From Octopus sinensis (taxonomy: Eukaryota): a stretch of DNA of 16,349 bases. Where the stretch lies: NCBI RefSeq assembly GCF_006345805.1, contig NW_021825727.1, positions 1-16,349 of the forward strand, given 5' to 3'. A model generated the notes under the pieces. It had not been told where the DNA came from. It searched no databases and saw only the letters and a list, made by a program, of their open reading frames with translations. Below are positions 1 through 9,167 of this stretch, one piece after another. The position numbers and the translations under genes were made by a program. Position 1 is the stretch's first letter. Each line of letters begins with the position of its first letter.

Positions 1-210
1 TATACCATTAACCAGCACTAACTAGTATTATATTCCACCCATACCCCTACCTATCACCATATATCCTTACATAGTATCAATCCATCCACCAGCTACTACT
101 ACATATTAAACATATACCATTTCTGACACTATATACCATTATATACAATTGCCTGCAATTATATACTACCATATAGTCTCATCTACCATTATCTACCATT
201 ATCTAAACAG
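1..210. repeat. Degenerate G-poor low-complexity repeat (ATCTACCATT-like)
   Basis: ATCTACCATT occurs in tandem at 181-200, with decayed TACCAT motifs throughout and almost no G on +. A similar tract lies at 1700-1795. Confidence 0.5.
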
Positions 211-236
211 CTTTTGTTCTTTCCTTCTTTTTTTAT

Positions 237-274
237 TTTTTCTGATGAAGAACTAACGTCCGAAACGTTGAGGA
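237..274 (+). ncRNA. Minimal type I hammerhead-ribozyme-like motif (Penelope-like element type)
   Basis: CUGAUGA 242-248, extra A, stem II GAAC/GUCC (1 mismatch, UAAC loop), GAAA 262-265, palindromic stem III ACGU, predicted site GUU^269. Stem I UUUUU/GAGGA is weak (3 G-U pairs). Confidence 0.5.
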
Positions 275-426
275 TCTTCCCCTTTCTTTTCAAATGTTAT
301 ACTAATAGCACCTTTGTTAAAACCTGTTCTTCATGTGGGTTTTATTTTTGTTTTTGCTCATTCTGCATATACTACTCTATACTGCTGGTTATCACCTTTC
401 CATCGTCTAAAACTAAATACCAACTA

Positions 427-472
427 TACATACATACATACATACATACATACAATACATACATACATACAT
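427..472. repeat. (TACA)n microsatellite, left part
   Basis: Direct reading of tandem TACA units. Confidence 0.95.
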
Positions 473-474
473 AT

Positions 475-720
475 ATCATCATCATCATTGTTCGACCGTG
501 GTCGAGACAATGGAATTTACCATGCTACGCCAGACTTCACGGTCCATCATGGCATTACGGAGGTCCTGTTGCTGGATGCCTGTATCCCTGGAGATTACAT
601 CAGGGTAGGAGAGTGTGCGCCCTCTGGTATTGCGAGTAGATGGCTTCTAGAGGAGAAGAGTAGAAATTACTTCTTTTTCAGCTGTACAACAATGTCCAGT
701 AAACTGGACTCTCCTACCTT
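475..720 (-). mobile_element. 5'-truncated 3' end of an RTE-clade LINE with (GAT)n tail
   Basis: Minus strand translates RRVQFTGHCCTAEKEVISTLLL*KPSTRNTRGRTLSYPDVISRDTGIQQQDLRNAMMDREVWRSMVNSIVSTTVEQ*. This fits the RTE ORF C-terminus pattern (R..F.GH..R, LLW.P, RGR..Y.D, M.DR..WR). Stop at 487-485 followed by GAT repeats. TACA repeats flank both sides. Confidence 0.85.
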
Positions 721-721
721 T

Positions 722-878
722 CATACATATATACACACATACATATATACACACACACATACATACATACATACATACATACATACATACATACATACAT
801 ACATACATACATACATCATACATACATACATACATATATACATACATACATATATACACACATACATATATACACACA

Positions 879-912
<34 letters not shown>

Positions 913-1699
913 CACACATACATACATACATACATACATACATCATACATACACACATACACACATACATACATACATACATACTACATTCATACACACA
1001 ACATACTCATACATACATACATACACATACATACATACATACATACATACATACACACATACATACCTACATACATACATACATACATACATCATACATA
1101 CATACATACATACATACATACATACATTCATACATACTTCATACATACATTCATACTACATACATACATACAACATACACACATACATACATACATACAT
1201 ACATACATACACACCATACATACATACATACATACATACTACATACTATCATACATATACATACATCATACATACATACTCCACATACATACCTCATACA
1301 TACACCCATACACACATACACACAGAAACACATACATACATACATACATACATACACACCTACATACATACATACATACCACATACATACATACATACAT
1401 ACATACATACATACATACATACATACATACATACATACGTACGATACATACATACATACATACATACATCATACATACATACACCACACACATACATACA
1501 TACATACATACACAGACATACATACCACACATACATACATACATACATACATACATACATACATACATACATACATACACACATACATACATACATACAT
1601 ACATACATACATACGTACGTACGTACATACATACATACATACATACATACATACATACATACATACATACATACATACATACATCATACATACATACAT
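722..1699. repeat. ~1 kb (TACA)n microsatellite array
   Basis: Continuous TACA units with scattered indels. It explains all HTYI/MYVC ORFs in this interval. Confidence 0.97.
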
Positions 1700-1911
1700 A
1701 TATCATTTTCTACCACCGAACATCACCATATACCGTTATCTACCATTATTATCTACCATCTTATATCATCCTTTTACCCACCATCTACCACGATATAAAA
1801 ACCGTACGGCTCTGTTATTTTTCTATTTTTCTGCTTTACCTCACTAGTGACACCGGAACTTCTTACCATTTGTGGCTTGCTTATGACAGGTAAACCATTT
1901 GCATGTACCTA

Positions 1912-2108
1912 CTCCTCCTCCTCCTCCTCCTTCTCTTTCTCCTCCTCTTCTTCATCCTCTCTGGAATGGTTAGAATGGTTTATTCGGTTTTTGTTTGTTT
2001 GTTTGTTTGTTTGTTTGTTTGTCTTTTTTTTCTTACAGTGGTACTAAGTTTACAGCTGCCCGTCTGCCTGCCTGTCTGTTTGTCTGCCTGCCTGCCTGCA
2101 GACCTGCC
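1912..2108. repeat. Microsatellite cluster (CTC/CTT)n, (TTTG)n, (CTGC)n
   Basis: CTC run from 1912, TTTG run 1990-2022, CTGC/CTGT run 2064-2108. Confidence 0.9.
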
Positions 2109-2169
2109 TGGGGATCGAACCTCTCGCTACTTCTTATCTATCTGCTACTTCAGTTTTCAGTGGTTTTAT

Positions 2170-2322
2170 GTACTTTCGGTATTGTGTTCGTATTTGTGTA
2201 TGCACGTGTGTGGTTTATATATACGCGTATGTTTATGTATGTGCGTATAATATATATATAATATATGTATATGTGGTATACGTGTATGGGTATGTATATA
2301 TATATATGTGTGTGTGTGTGTA
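2170..2322. repeat. Mixed (TA)n/(TG)n microsatellite at the 3' side of the adjacent SINE
   Basis: Direct reading. Confidence 0.8.
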
Positions 2323-2486
2323 TGCGACGGGCTACTTTCAGTTTCCATCTACCAAATCCACTCACAAGGCTTTGGTCAGCCCAAGGCTATAGTAGAAGAC
2401 ACTTGCCCAAGGTGCCACGCAATGGGACTGAACCCGGAACCATGTGGTTGGTAAGCAAGCTACTTACCACACAGCCACGCCTCTGC
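2323..2486 (-). mobile_element. tRNA-derived SINE (partial)
   Basis: On minus: A box TGGCTGTGTGG (2477-2467), B box GGTTCAGTCCC (2434-2424), then a CCTTGGGCAAG core-like motif, running into CA/TA repeats. Confidence 0.85.
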
Positions 2487-2573
2487 TTAGTTTGTTTTTA
2501 TGTTCATTTATAATAAAAGCAACTTCGCATTAATCTGGTGGGTTACTCTAGACTTTTATAGAATGCAAATTTG

Positions 2574-2692
2574 TTATTCTTAAACAAGAACGTTGTTGAC
2601 AGTAACTTCGCAGTTTCAAGCAGCAGTCCGACGATGGCTTAACCGGCCGAAACTTCGAAATTACTGCCAACAGCAGTCTTGTATAGGAATAA
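2574..2692 (+). mobile_element. Fold-back mini-element (44-bp inverted arms) containing a hammerhead-like motif
   Basis: Arms 2574-2617 and 2649-2692 are reverse complements with 8 mismatches. The right arm runs into (GT)n. Confidence 0.7.
2623..2667 (+). ncRNA. Type I hammerhead-like motif, CCGACGA core variant
   Basis: Stem I GCAGU(2623-27)/ACUGC(2663-67), core CCGACGA 2628-34, extra U, stem II GGC/GCC, GAAA 2649-52, near-palindromic stem III ACUUCGAAAU, site AUU^2662. The inverted arm retains G at position 16.2 (GAAGUU). Confidence 0.65.
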
Positions 2693-3042
2693 TGTGTATG
2701 CGTGTGTGTGTGTGCGTGTGTGTGTGCGTGTGTGTGTGTGTTGTGTGTGTGCGCGCGTGTGCGTTTGTGTGTGTGTTTGTGTGTGTGTGTGTTTGTGTGC
2801 GTGAGTGTGTGTGTGTGTGCGTATGTGTGTGTGTTTGTGTGTGTGTGTTTGTGTGCGTGAGTGTGTGTGTGTGTGCGTATGTGTGTGTGTTTGTGTGTGT
2901 GTGTGTTTTTGTGTGTGTTTGTGCGTGAGTGTGAGTGTGTGAGTTTGTGTGTGTGCGTGTGTGTGTGTGTGCGTGTGTGTGTGCGTGTGTGTGTGCGTGT
3001 GTGTGTGCGTGCGTTCTCTGTGTGTGTGTGTGTGTGTGTGTG
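2693..3042. repeat. Interrupted (GT)n microsatellite
   Basis: Direct reading, with GTGC/GTTT/GTGA variants. Confidence 0.95.
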
Positions 3043-3154
3043 TGAATGTTTATATCAATTTATATATGCAACCAATTTGACATTAAACCTAAGGATTACT
3101 CGATAATTTTTAGTACAGTATATGTTTATTAGATTTTGGAGACCTGAGAGTTAA

Positions 3155-3191
3155 CAGGGACTTCGAAGTTTCAGGCACCTAGCCTCGTTAT
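3155..3191 (-). ncRNA. Truncated hammerhead-like remnant
   Basis: On minus: ...ACGA, stem II GGC-UAGGU-GCC, GAAA, perfect palindromic stem III ACUUCGAAGU (3160-3169), GUC site. The 5' core (C3, G5) and stem I partner are lost. The downstream tail ends in (CA)n near 3045. Confidence 0.45.
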
Positions 3192-3237
3192 ACATACCCA
3201 CATATATGTGAGTATGTGAATGTGTATGCAGTTCATC

Positions 3238-3512
3238 GATAGATGAAGATGATGATCCTTAGGAAACGTCATGAGTTGTCCCAGGAGTGTCAGAAATGAC
3301 CCAATCACCTCCAATGGTTGCTTCGGCCCTTATTTGGCCATCGACCGCTAATTTATTCAAGCTATGTTTAAGCACAACCTTATATCTCATTCAGAAATCT
3401 ACTCTGATTTCTCTGACCACTGGGCCATCGTAGACGGAGCATCTGTCTTGACATCTGAACCTCCTCCATTCATTGGGCAGATCCAGTTTGTAGAAAGTCT
3501 ATCTGACGAATA
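3238..3512 (-). mobile_element. Possible highly decayed RTE LINE 3' end
   Basis: Minus frames give QMLRLRWP and KGRSNHW (resembling LRW.GH and GRP..RW), ending in an ATC-rich tail (3256-3238). Weak similarity only. Confidence 0.3.
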
Positions 3513-3513
3513 T

Positions 3514-3740
3514 GGAGGCGCATGGCTTAGTGGTTAGGGTGTTGGATTTATGATCGTAAGACTGTGGGTTCGATTCCTGAACCGGGCGACGCGTTATGCT
3601 CTTGAACGAAACACTTCATTTCACGTTACTCCATGTCCACTCAACTGGCAAAAACGAGTAATCCCGTGACAGACCGGTATCCGGTCCAGGTGGGGGATTT
3701 ATACGCCATGAAACCGAGAAACCTGGAAACCGGCCCTTAT
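3514..3740 (+). mobile_element. tRNA-derived SINE (diverged)
   Basis: GGAGGCG start, A box TGGCTTAGTGG 3523-33, B box GGTTCGATTCC 3567-77, followed by a non-tRNA body. Same family as 16176-16349. Confidence 0.85.
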
Positions 3741-4080
3741 TTGTCTTCGCCATCTGAGCTTTCTGATCAGTTTGTAGAAAGTCTGTCGTACGAGTGAACT
3801 CTTCAGAGCATCTAGACCTTCAAAATACCTGCCACGGGCCCGACTGGCTTACGATGTCGAATCCCTTCGTGAAGTCGACAATGGTTATATGCGATGCCTT
3901 GTTATACTCCACACATTTCTCCCGAATCTGTCACACCTTAGAGCACGACCTCCATGATACCCCCTCCCCACCGCCACATCCTTCTGAAACGTTGAGCTTC
4001 AAGTAGAGCCTCTACTGAGAATATTTGAAACAAACAGTTCAACAATACTGTTTTCAAGGATCTTCCCCACAGCGCCAAGT

Positions 4081-4752
4081 AGATAAATCCCTCGATAATT
4101 CCTGCATTTATCTTTATCCCTTAGCATCCAGTTGTACAGGACTTCGCCAGCTTCAAATTCCGTAAGGAAGTGGTGGAAATGTCCAATGAATCAGTATCTT
4201 CCGTTTCCCCGAATTTCTAGTTGGAATGTTGTTCACTCCTGACTCCTTGTAGATAAATCCTTCGATAATCCTGCATTTATCTTTATCCTTTAGCATCCAG
4301 TTGTGCAGGACTTCGTCGGCTTCAAATTCCGTAAGGAAGTGGTGGAAATGTCCAATGAATCAGTATCTTCCGTTTCCCCGAATTTCTAGTTGGAATGTTG
4401 TTCACCTGACTCCTTGTAGATAAATCCTTCGATAATCCTGCATTATCTTTATCCTTTAGCATCCAGTTGTGCAGGACTTCGTCGGCTTCAAATTCCGTAA
4501 GGAAGTGGTGGAAATGTCCAATGAATCAGTATCTTCCGTTTCCCCGAATTTCTAGTTGGAATGTTGTTCACTCCTGACTCCTTGTAGATAAATCCTTCGA
4601 TAATCCTGCATTTATCTTTATCCTTTAGCATCCAGTTGTGCAGGACTTCGTCAGCTTCAAATTTCGTAAGGAAGTGGTGGAAATGTCTAATGAATTAGTA
4701 TCTTCTATTTTCCCGAATTTCTAGTTGGAATGTTGTTCACTCCTGACTCCTT
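4081..4752. repeat. Four tandem copies of a ~169-bp unit derived from the RTE relic
   Basis: Units start AGATAAATCC at 4081, 4251, 4418 and 4586 (170, 167, 168, ~167 bp). Confidence 0.97.
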
Positions 4753-5023
4753 TCTATTTGACAGTGACTTAGTTGTAGCCAGCATTTTTTTTTTTTTTTA
4801 CATATGGAGAATCATCAGTAGGGTGGTACGTTACATTCTCAAAGATTCCCGCTCGACAGGAACTGACACATCAAGTAATTAATGAACCTGATTTGTAAAC
4901 CGACTGAGTTGTCTTTCCTTCTCGTACGTTAATAACCGATTAGCTGACTTCAGCTGCGTAGCACACTTTTTCTCTGAATCTTTATAAGGCCTTCAGCTCG
5001 TGATAGATGTTATGGTTAGTCAG

Positions 5024-5410
5024 TGGAGGCGCAATGGCCCAGTGGTTAGGGCAGCGGACTCGCGGTCGTAGGATCGCGGTTTCGATTCCCAGACCGGGCG
5101 TTGTGAGTGTTTATTGAGCGAAAACACCTAAAAGCTCCACGAGGCTCCGGCAGGGGATGGTGGTGGTCCTTGCTGTACTCTTTCACCACAACTCTCTCTC
5201 TCTCTCTTACTTCCTGTTTCTGTTGTACCTGTATTTCAAAGGGCCGGCCTTGTCACTCTCTGTGTCACGCTGAATATCCCCGAGAACTACGTTAAGGGTA
5301 CACGTGTCTGTGGAGTGCTCAGCCACTTACACGTTAATTTCACGAGCAGGCTGTTCCGTTGATCGGATCAACCGGAACCCTCATCGTCGTAACCGACGGA
5401 GTGCTTCCCA
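5024..5410 (+). mobile_element. Full-length young tRNA-derived SINE with 13-bp target-site duplication
   Basis: TSD TATGGTTAGTCAG at 5011-5023 and 5411-5423. A box TGGCCCAGTGG 5035-45, B box GTTTCGATTCC 5079-89, internal (CT)n, 3' hairpins at 5353-5378 and 5385-5398. Confidence 0.93.
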
Positions 5411-5659
5411 TATGGTTAGTCAGGAAAATCAGCGACGATAAGCAACTCGATCGCTTTGCTTTCACACCACTGCACTTTCATTTTGCGGCTGTACTTTAGT
5501 TTCTTTAAATACAACACAACTCGCTCGAGTATTAAGAGACTGGAGATATTTCAGCGTTGGTTACGTTGCTTTAAGAGTGAGGCGACAGTGGCATCCTCAC
5601 AATGTGTGTATGTATGTATATGCTATGTATATTACTGCATTTAACTTTAAGCGTATGCA

Positions 5660-5663
<4 letters not shown>

Positions 5664-5709
<46 letters not shown>

Positions 5710-5732
5710 ATATATAATATATATATATATTA
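5664..5732. repeat. (CT)n(TA)n microsatellite
   Basis: Direct reading. Confidence 0.95.
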
Positions 5733-5942
5733 TGATGTAAATTGTTGATAGATAGGTTCTTTTACCAAATATGATTAATTTTTGCATATTTTTGCATATC
5801 AATTGCAATACTATAGAACATTGGAAGCGGAAATAACTGTTAATTGGGATGCAGTTAATTTGCATTGAATTAATAAATAATAATTTATGTAAGTCGATTG
5901 TTGTTCATCAGTACTTCTCCATTTTCTGTTTTCTTTATATAT

Positions 5943-6240
<298 letters not shown>

Positions 6241-6584
6241 GCGGAAAGACAGAGAATACGTCTAATTTTAAGTGAGGATAAATATGAATTTTTGGAATTA
6301 ACACTACTTCTGCTGATGAGAATTATTTTCTAATAAGTCCACTGGCTACTCGCGACACCAATACTTGTTCCGGCACTGTATTTCCGCTAGCGCCTGAGCA
6401 TCCACAATTGACAAGGCCAGGGAAGGTCAATATCGAGTGATCTGGTGGTCTCAGCTCTGGCTTGTGGCGCGTGATTTATTTCTCCGCTAGTGATATAAAC
6501 AAGAGCCAGTAAGAGTATTTCTCTCACAGTAGCTACCACAGTATTCTCTATTCTCACAGAACATCAAAATTTTATATATATATA

Positions 6585-6984
6585 CTAGCAGTATCGCCCG
6601 GCGTTGCTCGGGTTTGTAAGGGAAATAACTATATAAGCATTTTTAGAGAGTTATAGACAAAAAATAGCAAAAAAATGCATTAAAAATAGGGGAAAAATTA
6701 TGGTAATTTTTTTTTAAATCGTTGACTCATCGTAGACATTTTTAGAGAGTTACTTCCCTTATATAATAGCGAAAAAATGCATTAAAAATGGGAAAAATTT
6801 ATGGTAAATTTTTTTTAAAATCGTAGACTCATCGTAGACGCGCGCTAATACCCAGAAGGGCTCGATATGAATCACGACTATAAGATACCCGGTTTTGGTT
6901 AAACTGCACCGCAAAGTGTGGGAGTAGTTAGGAATCTAAATCGTAGGAGACTGACAGCACACAACCTCATTTTATATATAAAGA
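6585..6984 (-). mobile_element. Non-autonomous Helitron (copy 1)
   Basis: On minus it starts TC (6984-83) and ends CTAG (6588-85), is inserted between A and T in (TA)n, and has the GC-rich hairpin CCCG-N8-CGGG (6597-6612) just inside the 3' end. No TSD. Internal ~100-bp tandem duplication at 6638-6838. Confidence 0.88.
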
Positions 6985-6985
6985 T

Positions 6986-7023
<38 letters not shown>

Positions 7024-7381
7024 GGCATAGATATATATATGTATATAGGCATATGTATGTATGATCTTAGAGATGTGCATGTAAATATATATGTGCAATG
7101 TTTATTAATCCTTATTGTATGTATATTTTATGTACATGCGATAAATTTTATCTATATTCATATATATGTGGAGAAATATAGTATATATATACATATATAC
7201 ATTTATACGAATAACAAAAATACAATAAGTGTAATATGTATATATATTTATATATATATATATATATATATAATAATATATAATAATATATAATATTATT
7301 ATAATATATATATATATATATATTATATTATATAATTATATATTATATTATATTATATTATATATATTATATCTATATATT

Positions 7382-7417
<36 letters not shown>
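6985..7417. repeat. (TA)n-rich low-complexity region
   Basis: Direct reading. Confidence 0.85.
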
Positions 7418-7418
<1 letters not shown>

Positions 7419-7657
7419 TTTGGGGATTTTGGTTTGCAGATTCTTTATATGAGTTCGTGTGTTGAAGCATATTCTGTGGTGTCTGGGGCAGTCATTTTCT
7501 TTTTATGCCTTATGATTTAACGCAAGGCTACTGAAAAGGTTGCAAGACGCAACGAAAATTTTAGGAAAATAAAAATAAGAAATAAGTGGAAATTTTACCG
7601 GTGAGCGTGTTAAATCATACGGCACAAAAAGAAAATGACTCTCCCCAGAAACAACAT
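7418..7657 (+). mobile_element. Fold-back mini-element (40/41-bp inverted arms) with a hammerhead-like motif in the loop
   Basis: Arms 7482-7521 and 7609-7649 (3 mismatches, 1 indel) around an 87-nt spacer, flanked by TA repeats. Confidence 0.65.
7528..7564 (+). ncRNA. Hammerhead-like motif, core CUGAAAA (C3/A8 mismatch)
   Basis: Stem I CUA/UAG, core 7531-37, stem II GUUGC/GCAAC (5 bp perfect), GAAA 7554-57, palindromic stem III AAUU, site UUU^7561. Confidence 0.45.
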
Positions 7658-7909
7658 TGTGTATATAATATTTTTCATTATATATTACTATTCTGTTTTA
7701 TTCGTATGTATAACATGATATTCATTTGCTATCATATTCATATACATACACGTAGATAAATATATAAATATGAGCGTTAGCAAATAAAAGAAAATTGTTG
7801 GATACTATGAATAAACAGAATACTCACAATTATGTTTCCTATTTTACATTATCGTCCGAGGAGGCAACGGGGAACCCGGAGATTGTGATTTGTGAATATT
7901 CGGCATTCA

Positions 7910-7910
7910 A

Positions 7911-7942
<32 letters not shown>

Positions 7943-8073
7943 TATATATATATTATATATGAATATATAAATGCTTATATGTATGTATATATATATATAT
8001 ATAATGTATATATATATGTGTGTGTGTGTGTGATGTGTGTGTGTGTGTGTGTGTGTATGTATATATGTATATA

Positions 8074-8106
<33 letters not shown>
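7910..8106. repeat. (TA)n/(TG)n microsatellite
   Basis: Direct reading. Confidence 0.95.
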
Positions 8107-8208
8107 TGGTAAAAACGGTAAGATAACAAAAGAAGAAAGAGACCTCAATATTATGTAAATAGAGGAAATTTATCTGTAAAATAATATGTGACAATTATTC
8201 AATAGCCA

Positions 8209-8270
8209 AGATAAAACTCTGAGTTTCGGATGCTGAGGTGGAAATCCACAACCCATCTCTTCGGTTATCT
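8209..8270 (-). ncRNA. Type I hammerhead-like motif, CCGAAGA core (minus copy)
   Basis: Same fold on minus, with near-palindromic stem III ACUC-A-GAGU and a GUU site. Confidence 0.65.
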
Positions 8271-8294
8271 GGCCATCTGAACTGGAGGATGGCC

Positions 8295-8357
8295 AGATAA
8301 CCGAAGAGATGGTGTTGGGGATTTCCACCACGGCATCCGAAACTCAAAGTTTTATCT
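8295..8357 (+). ncRNA. Type I hammerhead-like motif, CCGAAGA core (plus copy)
   Basis: Stem I AGAUAA/UUAUCU (plus GCC/GGC after a bulge), core 8301-07, stem II GAUG/CAUC closing a long hairpin, GAAA 8339-42, stem III ACU/AGU, site GUU^8351. Confidence 0.65.
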
Positions 8358-8386
8358 TGGCTACTGAATAATTGTCACATATTATT

Positions 8387-8418
<32 letters not shown>

Positions 8419-9167
8419 TGAACTTCTGTGTGTATATAATTGCGTATGCATGTAAATATATTATGTGTAACGTTAATTTTTTTTCTTAGTAGAATGCTGT
8501 ACCTAACAAATCCCTAAATACAATCTTATATGTATGACATTTCATATTCCCTGAAATAATTTTAAAGACATTATTTTACCGAATCTTTCTATTCTCCGTT
8601 GTCACAGTAGTCCAAATTGGTGCATGTATATTGTAAGTATATGTGTACGCATGTAGGTGTATGTTTATATACATAGATATTTGTGTGTACATTTACATAT
8701 CTATATATATATATATATATGTTTATACTTTATTTGTGAGTAAACCAGGCTGCCATTGGTTTCATGCTGAGAGAGATATCTCTCAACAATTATGCAAGTC
8801 TGTCGCATGAGAAGTTAATGTTCGTCTTCGTCTTGGATGAAAGCACAATAAAATCACGTGAGATCCCGCGAGATTTAGGAGTAAACAAAGAGATATACAC
8901 CTCAAAGAGAAACAACTCTAGAATTGCTGTTTCCCTTGTATTAGGTTTGAATTTTATAAATTATATGTGCAAATGCACACTTAACAAAACCTACATTATG
9001 CATATTTAGAGAGAACACTTAATAGTCTATAGTTGCTGTAACTACAACAACCACGCGTGTTACAGTGCAGTTTTTAACTAGCATGAAGCTGATTCAATCT
9101 ATAATTTGATAGTACATAATATACATATACAACAAAGTGGAGTTGTAAGGTACCGCACGAGTGGAAT

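Larger units (their letters stand above)
3742..5600 (-). mobile_element. Decayed RTE-clade LINE ORF relic (linker and N-terminal RT), interrupted by a SINE and a tandem amplification
   Basis: Minus strand, with stops and frameshifts, in correct order: KMKVQWCESKAIELLIVAD (5484-5428), QLKSANRLLTYEKE, KSLSNRKESGVNNIP, EAGEVLYNW, KCRNYRGIYLLGAVGKIL, QIREKCVEYNK, VDFTKGFDIVS (3879-3847). These match RTE motifs K.PG.D.IP, C.NYRGI.LL, D..KAFD.V. Confidence 0.8.
8107..8387. mobile_element. Fold-back mini-element: 99/100-bp inverted arms, 10-nt spacer, plus a unique tail on the left, between two (TA)n tracts
   Basis: Arms 8179-8277 and 8288-8387 with 5 mismatches and 1 indel. Each arm holds a full hammerhead-like fold. 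Confidence 0.85.

Noticed and set aside
314-1798. 494-aa ORF and the many MYVC/HTYI ORFs
   Set aside because: These are translations of (TACA)n, which lacks stops in several frames. The non-repetitive part is the antisense of an RTE fragment.
3232-3275. Hammerhead-like GAAACGUC with possible stem I UUCAU/AUGAG
   Set aside because: No acceptable CUGANGA at the right register. The GATGAAGATGATGAT stretch is better explained as a minus-strand LINE tail.
4081-4752. CRISPR-like array
   Set aside because: Contiguous 169-bp units with no unique spacers, no cas genes, and a eukaryotic context.
5024-5100. tRNA genes (also at 2424-2486, 3514-3580, 15959-16020, 16176-16241)
   Set aside because: A/B boxes are present but there is no complete cloverleaf, and each continues into a SINE body, two with TSDs.
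6313-6345. CTGATGAG followed by a small hairpin
   Set aside because: GAAA is missing (TAAT instead) and stem I is only 2 bp. The GC-richer 6340-6560 segment stays unexplained, but no convincing ORF or element was found.
7851-7890. CCGAGGA core with possible stem I AUCGU/GUGAU
   Set aside because: GAAA reads GGAG and stems II and III are not formed. It is too degenerate to call, though a family consensus might restore it.
8764-9009. 81-aa ORF as an upstream exon of the host gene
   Set aside because: No polypyrimidine acceptor, no matching phase-2 donor and no recognisable motif.
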